In this document: positions 38,609 through 48,454 of the stretch, piece after piece
How the letters are laid out: each line of letters starts with the position of its first letter
Numbering within the stretch: position 1 is the stretch's first letter
Source: an uncultured bacterium
GTDB lineage: Bacteria; Patescibacteriota; Minisyncoccia; Phycocordibacterales; UBA6065
Reading direction: 5' to 3'
Length of the DNA stretch: 64,000 nt
NCBI GenBank assembly: GCA_963841935.1
Contig: CAWJEP010000004.1
Span: 14,975-78,974, forward strand
Notes under the pieces: generated by a model
Told to the model about the DNA's origin: nothing
Database searches by the model: none
What the model saw: only the letters and a program-made list of their open reading frames with translations
Position numbers and translations under genes: made by a program

Positions 38609-40893
38609 ATGAAAAAATCAATTATTTCGGCAGTTTTGGCACTCGTCATTCTTGTGGGTGTTGGGGGTAGCGTTGCCGTGAACACGGCAAATGCCCAGAA
38701 CGTGACCCTTCAGCAAATTATTTCGCTTTTTATAGCTCTCGGCATCATTCCAGCCGATAAGGTGGCAATCGCCGAAGCGGCGGTGGGATTGCCGATAACG
38801 ACGACGACAACAACTACTTCGACAAACTCGAACCAACCATTAATCGCTGTCGTCGGTAATCCGACGATTTCGTCCAATCAGACGTATCCGCAAAACGGCT
38901 ACTCGACTACCACTTTGGTCGCGACATTCAATGTCCAGATCCAAGCCAGCGGCGACAATTTCTATTTCGGCAGTCCTTCTGTCCAGCCGTTTGATTTTTC
39001 CGTGGGAAAAAACGGCGCGTGGGCGACATGTCGGTATATTCTCACTCCGAATCATTCTCCGTGCCGTCTGCCGGCGTCATAACTCAAGGACTTCCCAGCA
39101 ACGTGGCTTTTGAAATTCAGCAGAACAACACTGTCCAGATTCCCGTCACGTTCTATTTATATCTAGGCCAAAACACTTCGGGCAATTATTCGATTGGACT
39201 CAACTCCGTCAATTTCTCGTATGATTCCGGAGACAAGGGCACGGTTTCTGAAATCAAAGGCGTAGGCACTCCGGCGATTTCCGCGACTGGCCCGCAGAAT
39301 ACGACCACTACGACTTCTCAGACGACAAATGTAGCCCAGCAACTTTCTCTCTCTGCTATCTTTGAAGGTAACAATACAAGCGGTACGGTCACGAACGGAC
39401 CGGTCTATGGATTTGTTGCTTCTATATCAAATCCAAATGTTGCCTCTCTCACTATCAGTTTAAGTTGTCCGGCCGGTGTCGGCGCAGTAATGAAAGCGAC
39501 AGGGGATTGTAACGATTCCGGAGCCACTTTTGCTGGTCAGTCAACTGGCTCGAATGGTTGGCAAGGATTGTTTCTCAACAGCACAGGCAGTAGTCAAACA
39601 GTGATTGTCTATGCGAGGGCTTATGATGCAAATAAAAATGTTTTAGCAACAGCACAGACAAGTATAGTGATCCCATCTACGACTTCGGCGACAAATACCA
39701 TTACTACCGTAACTCCGACGATCACTGTTACATATCCGTCAGCGGGAAACGTTCTTGACGACAACGCGCAAAAAGGAAGCGGACCAGGGCCCTCTCCGGT
39801 GGCGAACATTCAGTGGACATCATCGGGACTTGGCAGTGACATGATCGGTATAGAACTTCTCGGCACGAATGGTCAGCAGGTAAGGTCTATCGCGAACAAC
39901 ATTTCCAATACCGGCAGTTATCTTTGGCCGTCCGACCCGACTCTTCAGAACGGAAGTTATGAGATAGAGGTCTATGACACATCTGCCAAAGGCCTAAATA
40001 TTCAGGCTCAAAGCGGATACTTTACCATTACCAACTCTCTTGCGGGACAGACGACACAGACAACAGTGACAACGTCACCGAATCAATCTGTTACCGGCAC
40101 AGAAACGATCGCTCCGAATAATCAAACTATTTCTTCGGGACAGACCGCGACTCTAAACGTTACCGTTCCAAGCAATACGACATCCGCCAAGATTTATTTG
40201 AGTTGCTCGTATGGAATAGGTGCGACAATTGAAGAGCTTGGAGACCTTGATCCGTGTAACGCTTATGAAAACTTGCCGGTATCCGTAAGTCAGATTCATG
40301 TGACTCTTTCCAACACCACCTCGAACCCAATTACCGTTGTTCCTAACTATTATATCTACACGTCTGCGAATCCCAATTATGCTTACGGAGTCTCGTCATC
40401 GATAACAGTGCTTCCAGTACAAACGACGACAACGACTCCAACCACATCCCCGTTACAATCGTCCGTATCTAATAATTCCGTGCCGGGGCTGACCATTATG
40501 GCGAGTCCGGTGGTTGCCGCTGCGGGACAAAGTTTTACGATTACTTCGGTCGCGACCGGAGGAAGCTTTACGCAGCACGGACTCGAGATATGTCTCTCGA
40601 CCAATCCATGCACGGCTGGCAACGACGGCGGTCACGGTTGGCAAAATATCGGCGCGAACAACCCACCCTCGGCAGGTACCGACGCGCTTACCGTACCGTA
40701 TTCTCCTTCGCAGGCCGGAACGTATTCCATTCACGCGTATGACAGCGTCAACGGCGGTGCGAGTTACACCTACACCCCTTCAGTTCAAGTGACCGTGACC
40801 GCGGCGACAAGTATGAACGCGGGTAGTTCAAATCTTGGTAGCGCGTATGTTGGTGTAAACGACGTTATCAATCTTCTGAATCTTCTCAAGTAG
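38609..40893 (+). CDS. cell-surface protein (paralog of locus 27305..29393) with signal peptide, poly-Thr linker and long beta-rich Thr/Ser/Asn-rich domain; one frameshift near 39020-39080
   Basis: The N-terminus AQNVTLQQIISLFIALGIIP matches the locus-1 N-terminus AQSMTLAQLVNLFISLGIIP. ORFs 38609..39082 and 39019..40893 overlap in different frames. FNVQIQASGDNFYF and FEIQQNNTVQIPVTF blocks are collinear with locus 1. Confidence 0.65.
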
Positions 40894-40904
40894 TTTTTAC
40901 AAAA

Positions 40905-40942
40905 CAGCCGCCGCCCGCCTTGTGCGGGCGGCGGCTTTTTTG
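40905..40942 (+). terminator. rho-independent terminator
   Basis: cagccgccgcccgccttgtgcgggcggcggct followed by TTTTTTGG. Confidence 0.7.
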
Positions 40943-40959
40943 GTGTATACTATTTTCCT

Positions 40960-41527
40960 ATGAACGACAAAACCATTGAGACAATATTCGGTTCGGCGGA
41001 TCGAGTGAAAATTATCAGGATATTTGTTTTTAATCCGGAAAAGATATTTCTCGTCGACTTTGTCGGCGAGAAAGTGTTTCTGACCAAGGCTCGCGCTCAA
41101 AAAGAAACAAAAAACCTCGAAAGAGCGGGACTTCTCGTACCGGAAAGGCCAGCGGTTTTACTCTCAACAAAAGTTCGCAGCTACCTTTCGCCGCTTCAGG
41201 AATTTCTCCCGGCGACCAATCCGACGGCAAAGAGGAAATCGTGAAGAAGCTTTCGGCGGTGGGAAAGATAAAACTTGTCGATTCTTTCCGGAGTATTCAT
41301 TCGAAACCCCGAAAGCCGCCTCGACCTTCTCGTCGTCGGCGACAAAATCAACAAAACTCGGCTCTCGGGCGTCCTTAAATCGATTGAATCCGGAAATCGG
41401 CAAAGAACTCTTGTTCTCCGTCTTTGACAGGGCGGATTTCAAATACCGTTTGGATATGAAAGATAAGCTTGTAATGGATGTTTTGGACTTTCCTCACGAG
41501 AAAATAGTGAATAAACTGGGGATTTAG
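40960..41527 (+). pseudogene. degraded gene with at least 3 frame changes (fragments: MNDKTIETIFGSADRVKIIRIF… / NPESRLDLLVVGDKINKTRLSGVLKSIES / EIGKELLFSVFDRADFKYRLDMKDKLVMDVLDFPHEKIVNKLGI)
   Basis: Protein-like translations switch frame three times within 570 nt. Only the first 94 codons form an ORF in the track. Confidence 0.45.
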
Positions 41528-41617
41528 GCGGAACAAGGTGTGGATAAACAAAGGCCAAAAAACCTGTAGAATAGAGGAGGTCTCGAAAATTATAGGTAAT
41601 TTATTTGTAAGGTATAT

Positions 41618-42307
41618 ATGATAATTCAAACATGGGGCGATTCGCTCACCGGCGCTTTCCAGTCTATCTGGTACGGCGTGGCGGCTTTCGTTCCGAATCT
41701 CATAGCGGCGGTTATCATCCTTATTATTGGATGGATAGTCGCGGCGCTTCTCGGCCGCCTTGTTTCCCAAATCATCAAGGCAATCAAAGTTGACACGGCT
41801 CTCGAGTCGGCGGGTTTCGGCAACGTGGTCAAGCGCGCTGGCTTCAATCTCGATTCTGGCGCCTTCCTCGGCGGCTTGGTAAAGTGGTTCGTCATCGTGG
41901 CTTTCCTCGTGGCGGCCTTCCAAGTTCTCGGCCTGACGCAGGTCAACGCTTTCCTTCAGGAAGTCGTCCTTCTCTATTTGCCGCAAGTCATCGTAGCGGT
42001 GCTTATCGTCCTCGTGGCGGTAGTCGTCGCCGATGCCATGCAGAAAGTCGTGACCGGAGCGGCTCGCGCGGCTCACATCAAAGCGGCGAATTTCGCCGGC
42101 TCTCTCACGAAATGGGCTATTTGGATCTTCGCTTTTCTCATTGCTCTTGAGCAATTGGGTATAGCGGTTGGATTCATCCAGACTCTTTTCACCGGCGTAG
42201 TAGTGGCTCTCTCGCTCGCTTTCGGCCTTTCATTCGGTCTCGGCGGTCAGGAGGCCGCTTCTCACTGGATTGCGAAATTCAGAAGCGAAATCTCCGACAG
42301 GATGTAG
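41618..42307 (+). CDS. membrane protein with repeated conserved-TM-helix modules (MscS-related TM_helix repeat-like)
   Basis: Three similar hydrophobic modules (IAAVIILIIGWIVAALLGRLV / VKWFVIVAFLVAAFQVLG / TKWAIWIFAFLIALEQLG). Confidence 0.55.
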   Translation: MIIQTWGDSLTGAFQSIWYGVAAFVPNLIAAVIILIIGWIVAALLGRLVSQIIKAIKVDTALESAGFGNVVKRAGFNLDSGAFLGGLVKWFVIVAFLVAAFQVLGLTQVNAFLQEVVLLYLPQVIVAVLIVLVAVVVADAMQKVVTGAARAAHIKAANFAGSLTKWAIWIFAFLIALEQLGIAVGFIQTLFTGVVVALSLAFGLSFGLGGQEAASHWIAKFRSEISDRM

Positions 42308-42435
42308 TTTGTCGTGGTTTTAGGCAAAAAAGCCGCGCCGTCGCCTCAGGGCGACGGCGCGGCTTGCTATATGAAGCCTTGTTTGCTACTATGATTTTCA
42401 AAGCTTTTCCGAAAGCTTTTTGTTTTTCTCTATAT

Positions 42436-42621
42436 ATGGCAAAGACTTCCGTCGTCGCGCGGGCCAATAAAAAGCCCAAATTCTCCACGCGTATCGTCAA
42501 ACGCTGTTTTCGCTGCGGAAGGAAAAACGGCTACATGGGGGACTTTGGCGTCTGCCGCATCTGTTTCCGCGAACTCGCTAACGAAGGCGTCATTCCGGGC
42601 ATTAAGAAATCTTCTTGGTAA
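42436..42621 (+). CDS. rpsN: ribosomal protein S14, zinc-binding type Z
   Basis: MAKTSVVARANKKPKFSTRIVKRCFRCGR…CRICFRELA (four Cys). The true start is internal to track ORF 42364..42621. Confidence 0.8.
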   Translation: MAKTSVVARANKKPKFSTRIVKRCFRCGRKNGYMGDFGVCRICFRELANEGVIPGIKKSSW

Positions 42622-42630
42622 TTTCCTAAT

Positions 42631-43023
42631 ATGACAGACCCGATTTCAGATTTAATCATCCGCATTCAGAACGCTTCCAGAGCGGGAAAGGAATCGGTCG
42701 CTGTGCTTGATTCAAATATGGCTTTCGCCGTTTTGGAAAAACTTTCGACTCGCGGATTTGTCGGAAAACCGAAGAGAGTATTGAAAGGAAAAATAAAAAC
42801 AATAGAGGTTGCTCTCGTTTACAAAGCCGACAAATCTCCCCGCATAAAGGGCGTGAAGCGCTATTCGAAACTTTCAAAGCGTCTCTACAAAGGTTTCCGC
42901 GAAATTCACAGCGTCAAGCAGGGCTTCGGCTCGATGATAGTTTCAACGCCTAAAGGCATTCTCGCCGACGACGAAGCCAGAAAGGAAAAAGTCGGCGGCG
43001 AAATTCTTTTCTCCATTTGGTAA
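42631..43023 (+). CDS. rpsH: ribosomal protein S8
   Basis: MTDPISDLIIRIQNASRAG and C-terminal GGEILFSIW. Confidence 0.9.
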   Translation: MTDPISDLIIRIQNASRAGKESVAVLDSNMAFAVLEKLSTRGFVGKPKRVLKGKIKTIEVALVYKADKSPRIKGVKRYSKLSKRLYKGFREIHSVKQGFGSMIVSTPKGILADDEARKEKVGGEILFSIW

Positions 43024-43036
43024 TTTAAATATTTTT

Positions 43037-43564
43037 ATGTCGCGCATAGGAAAAAAACCAATAACCCTTCCCGAAAAAACCACCGTCTCCGTGACGGAGC
43101 ATCTAGTCACGGTCAAAGGGCCTTTGGGCGAGCTCTCCCGCGTTGTGCCTTCGGGCATCAACATTGATATTAAGGAAAATGTCGTGACGGTTACCGCCCC
43201 GAATCCGGAGAAAGACGCTTTGTGGGGCACGATTACCGCTCACATAAGAAATATGGTCGCGGGCGTTAACAAACTATATGAAAAGAAACTCGTCGTTGAA
43301 GGCATCGGTTTCAAAGCCGATGTCAAAGGCACGGATCTCGTGATGGCTCTCGGATTTTCTCATCCGGTAGTCGTGCCGATTCCGAAAGGCCTCAAAGTTT
43401 TTTCGGATAAAAACGTCATTACGGTTTCCGGCATCGACAAGGAGCTCGTCGGCAATTTTACGGCATCGGTCAGGGCGATGAAAAAGCCGGAGCCGTACAA
43501 AGGCAAGGGTATTCATTATGAAGGCGAAGTTATCCGCCGAAAGCAGGGCAAGAAAGCGGCTTAA
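43037..43564 (+). CDS. rplF: ribosomal protein L6
   Basis: MSRIGKKPITLP…VTVKGPLGEL. Confidence 0.9.
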   Translation: MSRIGKKPITLPEKTTVSVTEHLVTVKGPLGELSRVVPSGINIDIKENVVTVTAPNPEKDALWGTITAHIRNMVAGVNKLYEKKLVVEGIGFKADVKGTDLVMALGFSHPVVVPIPKGLKVFSDKNVITVSGIDKELVGNFTASVRAMKKPEPYKGKGIHYEGEVIRRKQGKKAA

Positions 43565-43569
43565 AATTT

Positions 43570-43917
43570 ATGAAGAAAAACAGCAAAACAGAAAAAAAAG
43601 ACCGACGGCATGTGAAAATTCGCACGCGCGTTTTCGGCACGGCGGAGCGTCCGAGACTTTCCATTTTTAAGTCAAATAAATTTATGTACGCCCAGCTTAT
43701 CGACGACGAAGCGGGCAAGACTCTCGCCTCAGCTTCTTCCGTATCGCTTAAAAAAGGCACGAAGTCCGTTCAGGCGAAAGAAGTCGGCGCGCATATCGCT
43801 ACCAAAGCCAAAGCGGCGAAAATTTCCAAAGTCGTTTTTGATCGCGGCGGCTTTGCTTACAAAGGTCGAGTGAAAAATGTCGCGGAAGGCGCACGCGAGG
43901 GCGGACTTATATTTTAA
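43570..43917 (+). CDS. rplR: ribosomal protein L18
   Basis: RPRLSIFKSNKFMYAQLIDDEAGKTLASASS. Confidence 0.85.
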   Translation: MKKNSKTEKKDRRHVKIRTRVFGTAERPRLSIFKSNKFMYAQLIDDEAGKTLASASSVSLKKGTKSVQAKEVGAHIATKAKAAKISKVVFDRGGFAYKGRVKNVAEGAREGGLIF

Positions 43918-43926
43918 TAATCATTT

Positions 43927-44577
43927 ATGACCGACGAAATCAAAAAAACAGAAAAAGAAGTTATCGTTCCGGTCGCTGAAGTGGAAGCGATAGTCGAAGA
44001 AGTTGCCGCTGTGGTTCCGGAGGTTGCGGCGGAGGTAAACGGGGCGGACCGCGGCAGACGTCCTGCGCGAGGCGGCCGTCGCGGCGGCAAAAAGCCGGAG
44101 CGCGGAGCTCGCACCAAGCCGGAATTCGACAACAAAATTCTCGCCATCAGGCGCGTGGCTCGCGTCGTCGCCGGCGGCCGCCGATTTAATTTTAGCGTTG
44201 CCCTGGTTGCCGGAGATAAAAAAGGCAAAGTGGGCGTTGGTTTGGGAAAAGCCGGCGACACGGCTTTAGCCATCGACAAAGCTCTTCGCGACGCCAAGAA
44301 ACACATGATAGTCGATAAACACCACGAAAGATATGTCCGTTCCGCACGAATCTTTCGCCAAATATTCGAGCGCTCGCGTCTCCATCGCGCCTTCGAAAGA
44401 CCGCGGACTCGTCGCGGGCTCTGCCGTGCGCACCGTGCTCGAACTCGCGGGGATTTCAAACGTCGTGGGGAAAATAGTTTCTCCTTCAAAAAACAAACTA
44501 AACATTGCCCGCGCGACGATCAAAGCGCTCGAAGGTCTCAATCTGGTAAAACCGCCGAGAGTTTCCGCCAAATAATT
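43927..44577 (+). CDS. rpsE: ribosomal protein S5; frame broken by an indel near 44310-44333
   Basis: N-terminal part RVARVVAGGRRFNFSVALVAGDKKGKVGVGLGKAGDTALAIDKALRDAKKHMIVDK in one frame. C-terminal part MSVPHESFAKYSSARVSIAPS…VRTVLELAGISNVVGKI in ORF 44333..44575. The 362-aa track ORF 43927..45015 is read-through artefact. Confidence 0.8.
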
Positions 44578-44587
44578 TCAAAATCAT

Positions 44588-45022
44588 ATGCAAATGAACA
44601 CCCTCAAACGAAATACAAAAAGAATGACCTCCCGCCAGAGAGGTCGTGGAGGCAAGCGCGGCAAAACCTCGGGCCGCGGTACGAAAGGCATGCTCGCGCG
44701 CGCCGGCTACAAACGCCGACCGGAAATGCGCGACATCATAAAGAGATTGCCGAAACTTCGCGGTTACGCTTTCAACAGCTTTCAGAAAAAAGTTTCCATC
44801 GTTTCTCTCGATTTGCTAGAAAAGCATTTCAAATCCGGCGCCGAAGTTTCTCCGGCGACACTTCTCTCCGCCGGCCTCATAAAGAAAGAGAGCGGCATCT
44901 TTCCCCGAATCAAAATTCTGTCCGACGGCGAAATCGGGAAGAAACTTTCAGTCTCAGGATGCGCAGTTTCGAAAGGCGCGAAAGAAAAAATAGAAAAAGC
45001 CGGCGGAAGCGTTAGTCAATAA
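44588..45022 (+). CDS. rplO: ribosomal protein L15
   Basis: Gly/Arg-rich N-terminus RGRGGKRGKTSGRGTKG. It follows rpsE directly, with no L30 gene between. Confidence 0.85.
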   Translation: MQMNTLKRNTKRMTSRQRGRGGKRGKTSGRGTKGMLARAGYKRRPEMRDIIKRLPKLRGYAFNSFQKKVSIVSLDLLEKHFKSGAEVSPATLLSAGLIKKESGIFPRIKILSDGEIGKKLSVSGCAVSKGAKEKIEKAGGSVSQ

Positions 45023-45026
45023 AACA

Positions 45027-46298
45027 ATGGACGTATTTTTCAAAAAACTTTCTCTCATTTGGCACGACAAGGAGCTTCGGAAACGCCTGCTTTTCATTTT
45101 TCTAATTTTGGCGATTTTCAGACTCCTGACCACCATTCCCATTCCGGGCATTGACCCCACGCGACTCGCGACCTTGATAGGCAACAGCCAATTTTTGGGA
45201 CTTCTAAACCTTTTCTCCGGCGGCGGTCTCTCAAATCTCTCCATAATGATGCTCGGCGTCGGACCTTACATTACGGCCACCATCATAATGCAGCTTTTGA
45301 CCCTTATGTCGCCGAAACTCAAGGCAATGTATCAGGAAGAAGGCGAAGCTGGCAGAGCAAAATTCTCCCAGTATTCGCGCATTCTCACTTTACCTCTCGC
45401 CCTTCTTCAAGCCACGGGTTTTCTCATACTTTTACAGCGCGAAAGCGTCGTTTCCTCGCTTTCGATATTCAGTTTTGTTACCAACATCATCGTAATTGCC
45501 GGCGGTTCGATGCTTCTTATGTGGCTCGGCGAAATGATAACGGAGTTTGGCGTCGGTAACGGCGTCTCGCTCATCATCTTTGCCGGCATCATCGCGCGAC
45601 TGCCGACGGCGCTCTCCGGCGTCGCGGCGACTTACGACCCGTCGCAACTTCCTCTTTACGTCGCGCTCATCGCTTTGTCGCTCGCGGTCATTTACGCCGT
45701 TGTCTACGTGACGGAAGCGGAGCGTCCGGTGCCGGTGACTTATGCCAAACAGGTGAGAGGTCAGAAAGTTTACGGCGGCGTTTCCACCTATATTCCTCTT
45801 CGCGTCAATCAAGCCGGCGTTATTCCGATTATCTTCGCTCTATCCATACTGCTTTTTCCGCAAATGATTTTTAACTTCTTCGCCACTTCCACGAACGCTA
45901 TTTTGGCGAACATTTCCAATATTGGTCTCTCAATCGTGAACAACCCGTGGCTTTACGACACCGGTTATTTCATTCTCGTCTTCCTCTTTACCTATTTCTA
46001 CACGGCCGTGACTTTCGACCCAGTTGTCATATCAGAAAACCTCCAGAGAAGCGGTGCCTTTGTTCCCGGAGTGCGTCCCGGACACCCGACGGCGGAATAT
46101 CTTTCCAAAATCGTCACCCGTATTACCATGGTCGGCGCTATATTTCTCGGTATTATCGCCGTATTGCCTCTCATCCTTCGTTCCACGACCGGTAACGCTT
46201 CGTTTGCCATCGGCGGCACGGCCCTCCTCATCGTCGTCTCTGTCGTCATTGACCTCGTGAAAAACGTCGACGCCCAAGTCTCGATGCGCGAGTACTAA
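45027..46298 (+). CDS. secY: preprotein translocase subunit SecY
   Basis: Ten-TM architecture. LRKRLLFIFLILAIFRL…GIDP N-terminus. Position in the spc operon. Confidence 0.9.
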   Translation: MDVFFKKLSLIWHDKELRKRLLFIFLILAIFRLLTTIPIPGIDPTRLATLIGNSQFLGLLNLFSGGGLSNLSIMMLGVGPYITATIIMQLLTLMSPKLKAMYQEEGEAGRAKFSQYSRILTLPLALLQATGFLILLQRESVVSSLSIFSFVTNIIVIAGGSMLLMWLGEMITEFGVGNGVSLIIFAGIIARLPTALSGVAATYDPSQLPLYVALIALSLAVIYAVVYVTEAERPVPVTYAKQVRGQKVYGGVSTYIPLRVNQAGVIPIIFALSILLFPQMIFNFFATSTNAILANISNIGLSIVNNPWLYDTGYFILVFLFTYFYTAVTFDPVVISENLQRSGAFVPGVRPGHPTAEYLSKIVTRITMVGAIFLGIIAVLPLILRSTTGNASFAIGGTALLIVVSVVIDLVKNVDAQVSMREY

Positions 46299-46321
46299 TT
46301 TTCGGTTACACTTATAGGCGT

Positions 46322-46912
46322 ATGAAACAAATCACATGCGTCTTTTTTGGACGGAGCGGTTCCGGCAAAGGCACCCAGGCGGATTTGCTTTTGAGATATC
46401 TCGCGGAACACGACCCGGAAAGAAAAACTCTCTACGTCGAAACGGGTCAGCGCTTCCGTGATTTTGCCAAAAAGAAAAACTATACTTCCGGCAAAGTCAG
46501 GGAAGTTTTGGCGGCGGGCAAATTTAATCCGCCGTTTCTGCCCATATGGAACTGGACCGGATTTCTCGTGGAAAATTTTACCGGCAAGGAGCACTTGGTT
46601 TTCGACGGCGTCTGCCGCATGCCGGAAGAGGCGCCGGTATTCGATTCGGCTCTGCAGTTTTATGGTTTGGAAAAGCCGGTAATAATTCTTCTTGAAGTGC
46701 CACACACGGAAGTGAAAAAACGATTACTCAAGCGCGGTCGGTCTGACGATACCGACGAAAGAATAGACGAGAGACTTCGTTCGTTTGAAGCCACGGCACA
46801 GCCAGCGGTTAAATATTTCGAGAAAGCTCCGAGCTGTAAGTTTGTCAGCATAAACGGCGACCAATCCATCGAGGCGGTTTTTGAAGAAGTTAAAAAAGCT
46901 CTCGGAATTTAA
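46322..46912 (+). CDS. adk: adenylate kinase
   Basis: P-loop FFGRSGSGKGTQA. Operon position after secY. Confidence 0.85.
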   Translation: MKQITCVFFGRSGSGKGTQADLLLRYLAEHDPERKTLYVETGQRFRDFAKKKNYTSGKVREVLAAGKFNPPFLPIWNWTGFLVENFTGKEHLVFDGVCRMPEEAPVFDSALQFYGLEKPVIILLEVPHTEVKKRLLKRGRSDDTDERIDERLRSFEATAQPAVKYFEKAPSCKFVSINGDQSIEAVFEEVKKALGI

Positions 46913-47686
46913 ATGGCAGTCATCATAAAAACTCAAGAAGAAATAGAAAAAATGCGCGAGGGTGGCAAGCGCCACGCGCGAATTTTGCGCGAACTCTCCA
47001 AACTCGTTAAGCCGGGGATTTCTTCGCAGGAATTGGAAAATACGGCTCTAGAACTCATTAAAAAGGAGGGCGGCAAGGCGTCTTTTCTCGGATATAAGCC
47101 GTGGGGAGCGAAGTACTCGTTTCCAGCGGCGCTTTGCGTTTCAATAAACGACGAAGTCGTTCACGGAATTCCAAACGGCAATTCGTCAAAAATCTTGCGA
47201 GAAGGCGATATTGTCTCTCTCGACCTTGGGTTTACTTACAAAGGTCTCATTACCGACGCCGCCATCACGGTCGGCGTCGGTAGAATAAATCCGCAAGCGA
47301 AAAAACTTTTGGCGACGACCGAAGAAGCTATGTACGCCGGAATAAAAAAAGCAAAAGTAGGAAACACTACGGGCGATATTGGAGCGGCGGTTTTCGCCGT
47401 CGGCAAAAAAGCCGGATTCGGCGTCGTGGACATTCTCTCCGGCCATGGCGTCGGCAGATTCGTCCACGAAGACCCCTACGTGCCGAATTTCGGAGAAAAA
47501 GGCGAGGGCGAAGTTTTGAAAGGCGGAATGACCATCGCCGTCGAGCCGATGTTTAATCTCGGCACGAAAGAAATTATTTTGGAAAAAGACGGTTACACTT
47601 TTCGCACCGCGGACAAAAAAATGTCGGCGCATTTCGAGCACACTATTTTAATTACGGAAAAAGGCGCGGAGATTTTAACAAAATAA
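46913..47686 (+). CDS. map: methionine aminopeptidase type I
   Basis: Pita-bread fold motifs (GDIVSLDLGFTYKGLITD, HGVGRFVHEDP, GMTIAVEPM). Confidence 0.9.
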   Translation: MAVIIKTQEEIEKMREGGKRHARILRELSKLVKPGISSQELENTALELIKKEGGKASFLGYKPWGAKYSFPAALCVSINDEVVHGIPNGNSSKILREGDIVSLDLGFTYKGLITDAAITVGVGRINPQAKKLLATTEEAMYAGIKKAKVGNTTGDIGAAVFAVGKKAGFGVVDILSGHGVGRFVHEDPYVPNFGEKGEGEVLKGGMTIAVEPMFNLGTKEIILEKDGYTFRTADKKMSAHFEHTILITEKGAEILTK

Positions 47687-47757
47687 AATCGGGTATTTTT
47701 TCGCTTGTGCGCTCCGCTCCGACTTACGCGCTCAAAAATACCCAATTTTATTTTGTT
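47680..47757 (+). terminator. terminator hairpin containing the conserved 49-nt palindromic core (copy B)
   Basis: caaaataaaatcgg + GTATTTTTTCGCTTGTGCGCTCCGCTCCGACTTACGCGCTCAAAAATAC + ccaattttattttg. The core is 48/49 identical to copy A at 131-179. The outer stem sequence is unrelated to copy A. Confidence 0.6.
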
Positions 47758-47777
47758 TATGTTAGTATATAAATTCT

Positions 47778-48389
47778 ATGAAACACCCAAAAGAAGAACG
47801 GACGCTTATTATTGTGAAACCCGACGCGGTACAGAGAAATCTGATTGGGGAAATAATTTCCAGATTCGAAAAACTCGGCCTCAAAATCGCCGCGATTAAA
47901 ATGCTTGTGCCGACGGTGGAGCACGTGGAGGCGCATTATACCCTGGACCCGCAGTGGCGTCGGATTACGGGAGAAAAAACCATAAAAGCTTACACCGACA
48001 GGGGACTCAAGCATCCCGTTAGCGACGACCCGATAAAAGTCACCGAAATAATTTTGCAGAAACTCAAGGATTACATAGCCAGCGGTCCCGTCATACCGAT
48101 AGTTTTGGAAGGAGCGCACGCGGTGGAGGTCGTTCGCAAGCTTGTCGGCGGCACGGAGCCCCTCCGTGCCGCCGCGGTCGGCACTATCCGCGGAGATTTC
48201 GCTTTAGATTCGTATTCTATGGCCGACACGGACGGCCGCTCCGTAAGAAATCTAATTCACGCCTCCGGAAGCGTCGCCGAAGCGGATAAAGAAATCAAAC
48301 ATTGGTTCAAAAAAGAGGAAATCATCGACTATAAACTCGTGATGGAGGACATTCTATACGGCAAGAACCTTGACGGACTGCTTAAATAG
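47778..48389 (+). CDS. ndk: nucleoside diphosphate kinase with a C-terminal extension of about 50 aa
   Basis: LIIVKPDAVQRNLIGEIISRFEKLGLKIAAIKM and GSDS-like HASGS motif; 203 aa. Confidence 0.85.
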   Translation: MKHPKEERTLIIVKPDAVQRNLIGEIISRFEKLGLKIAAIKMLVPTVEHVEAHYTLDPQWRRITGEKTIKAYTDRGLKHPVSDDPIKVTEIILQKLKDYIASGPVIPIVLEGAHAVEVVRKLVGGTEPLRAAAVGTIRGDFALDSYSMADTDGRSVRNLIHASGSVAEADKEIKHWFKKEEIIDYKLVMEDILYGKNLDGLLK

Positions 48390-48454
48390 TTTTTGACTGT
48401 TTTTTTCGTATTTATCCACGTATCTTTTTTGAAAACTATTGCTTATAATTAGGC

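Noticed and set aside
41375-42154. 259-aa minus-strand ORF (and 41626..41946 minus)
   Set aside because: Antisense to the membrane protein 41618..42307. Asp/Arg-rich low-complexity translation.
43927-45015. 362-aa ORF in the track
   Set aside because: After about residue 130 it is an Arg-rich wrong-frame read-through of rpsE and rplO caused by the rpsE frame break. It is not a real protein.
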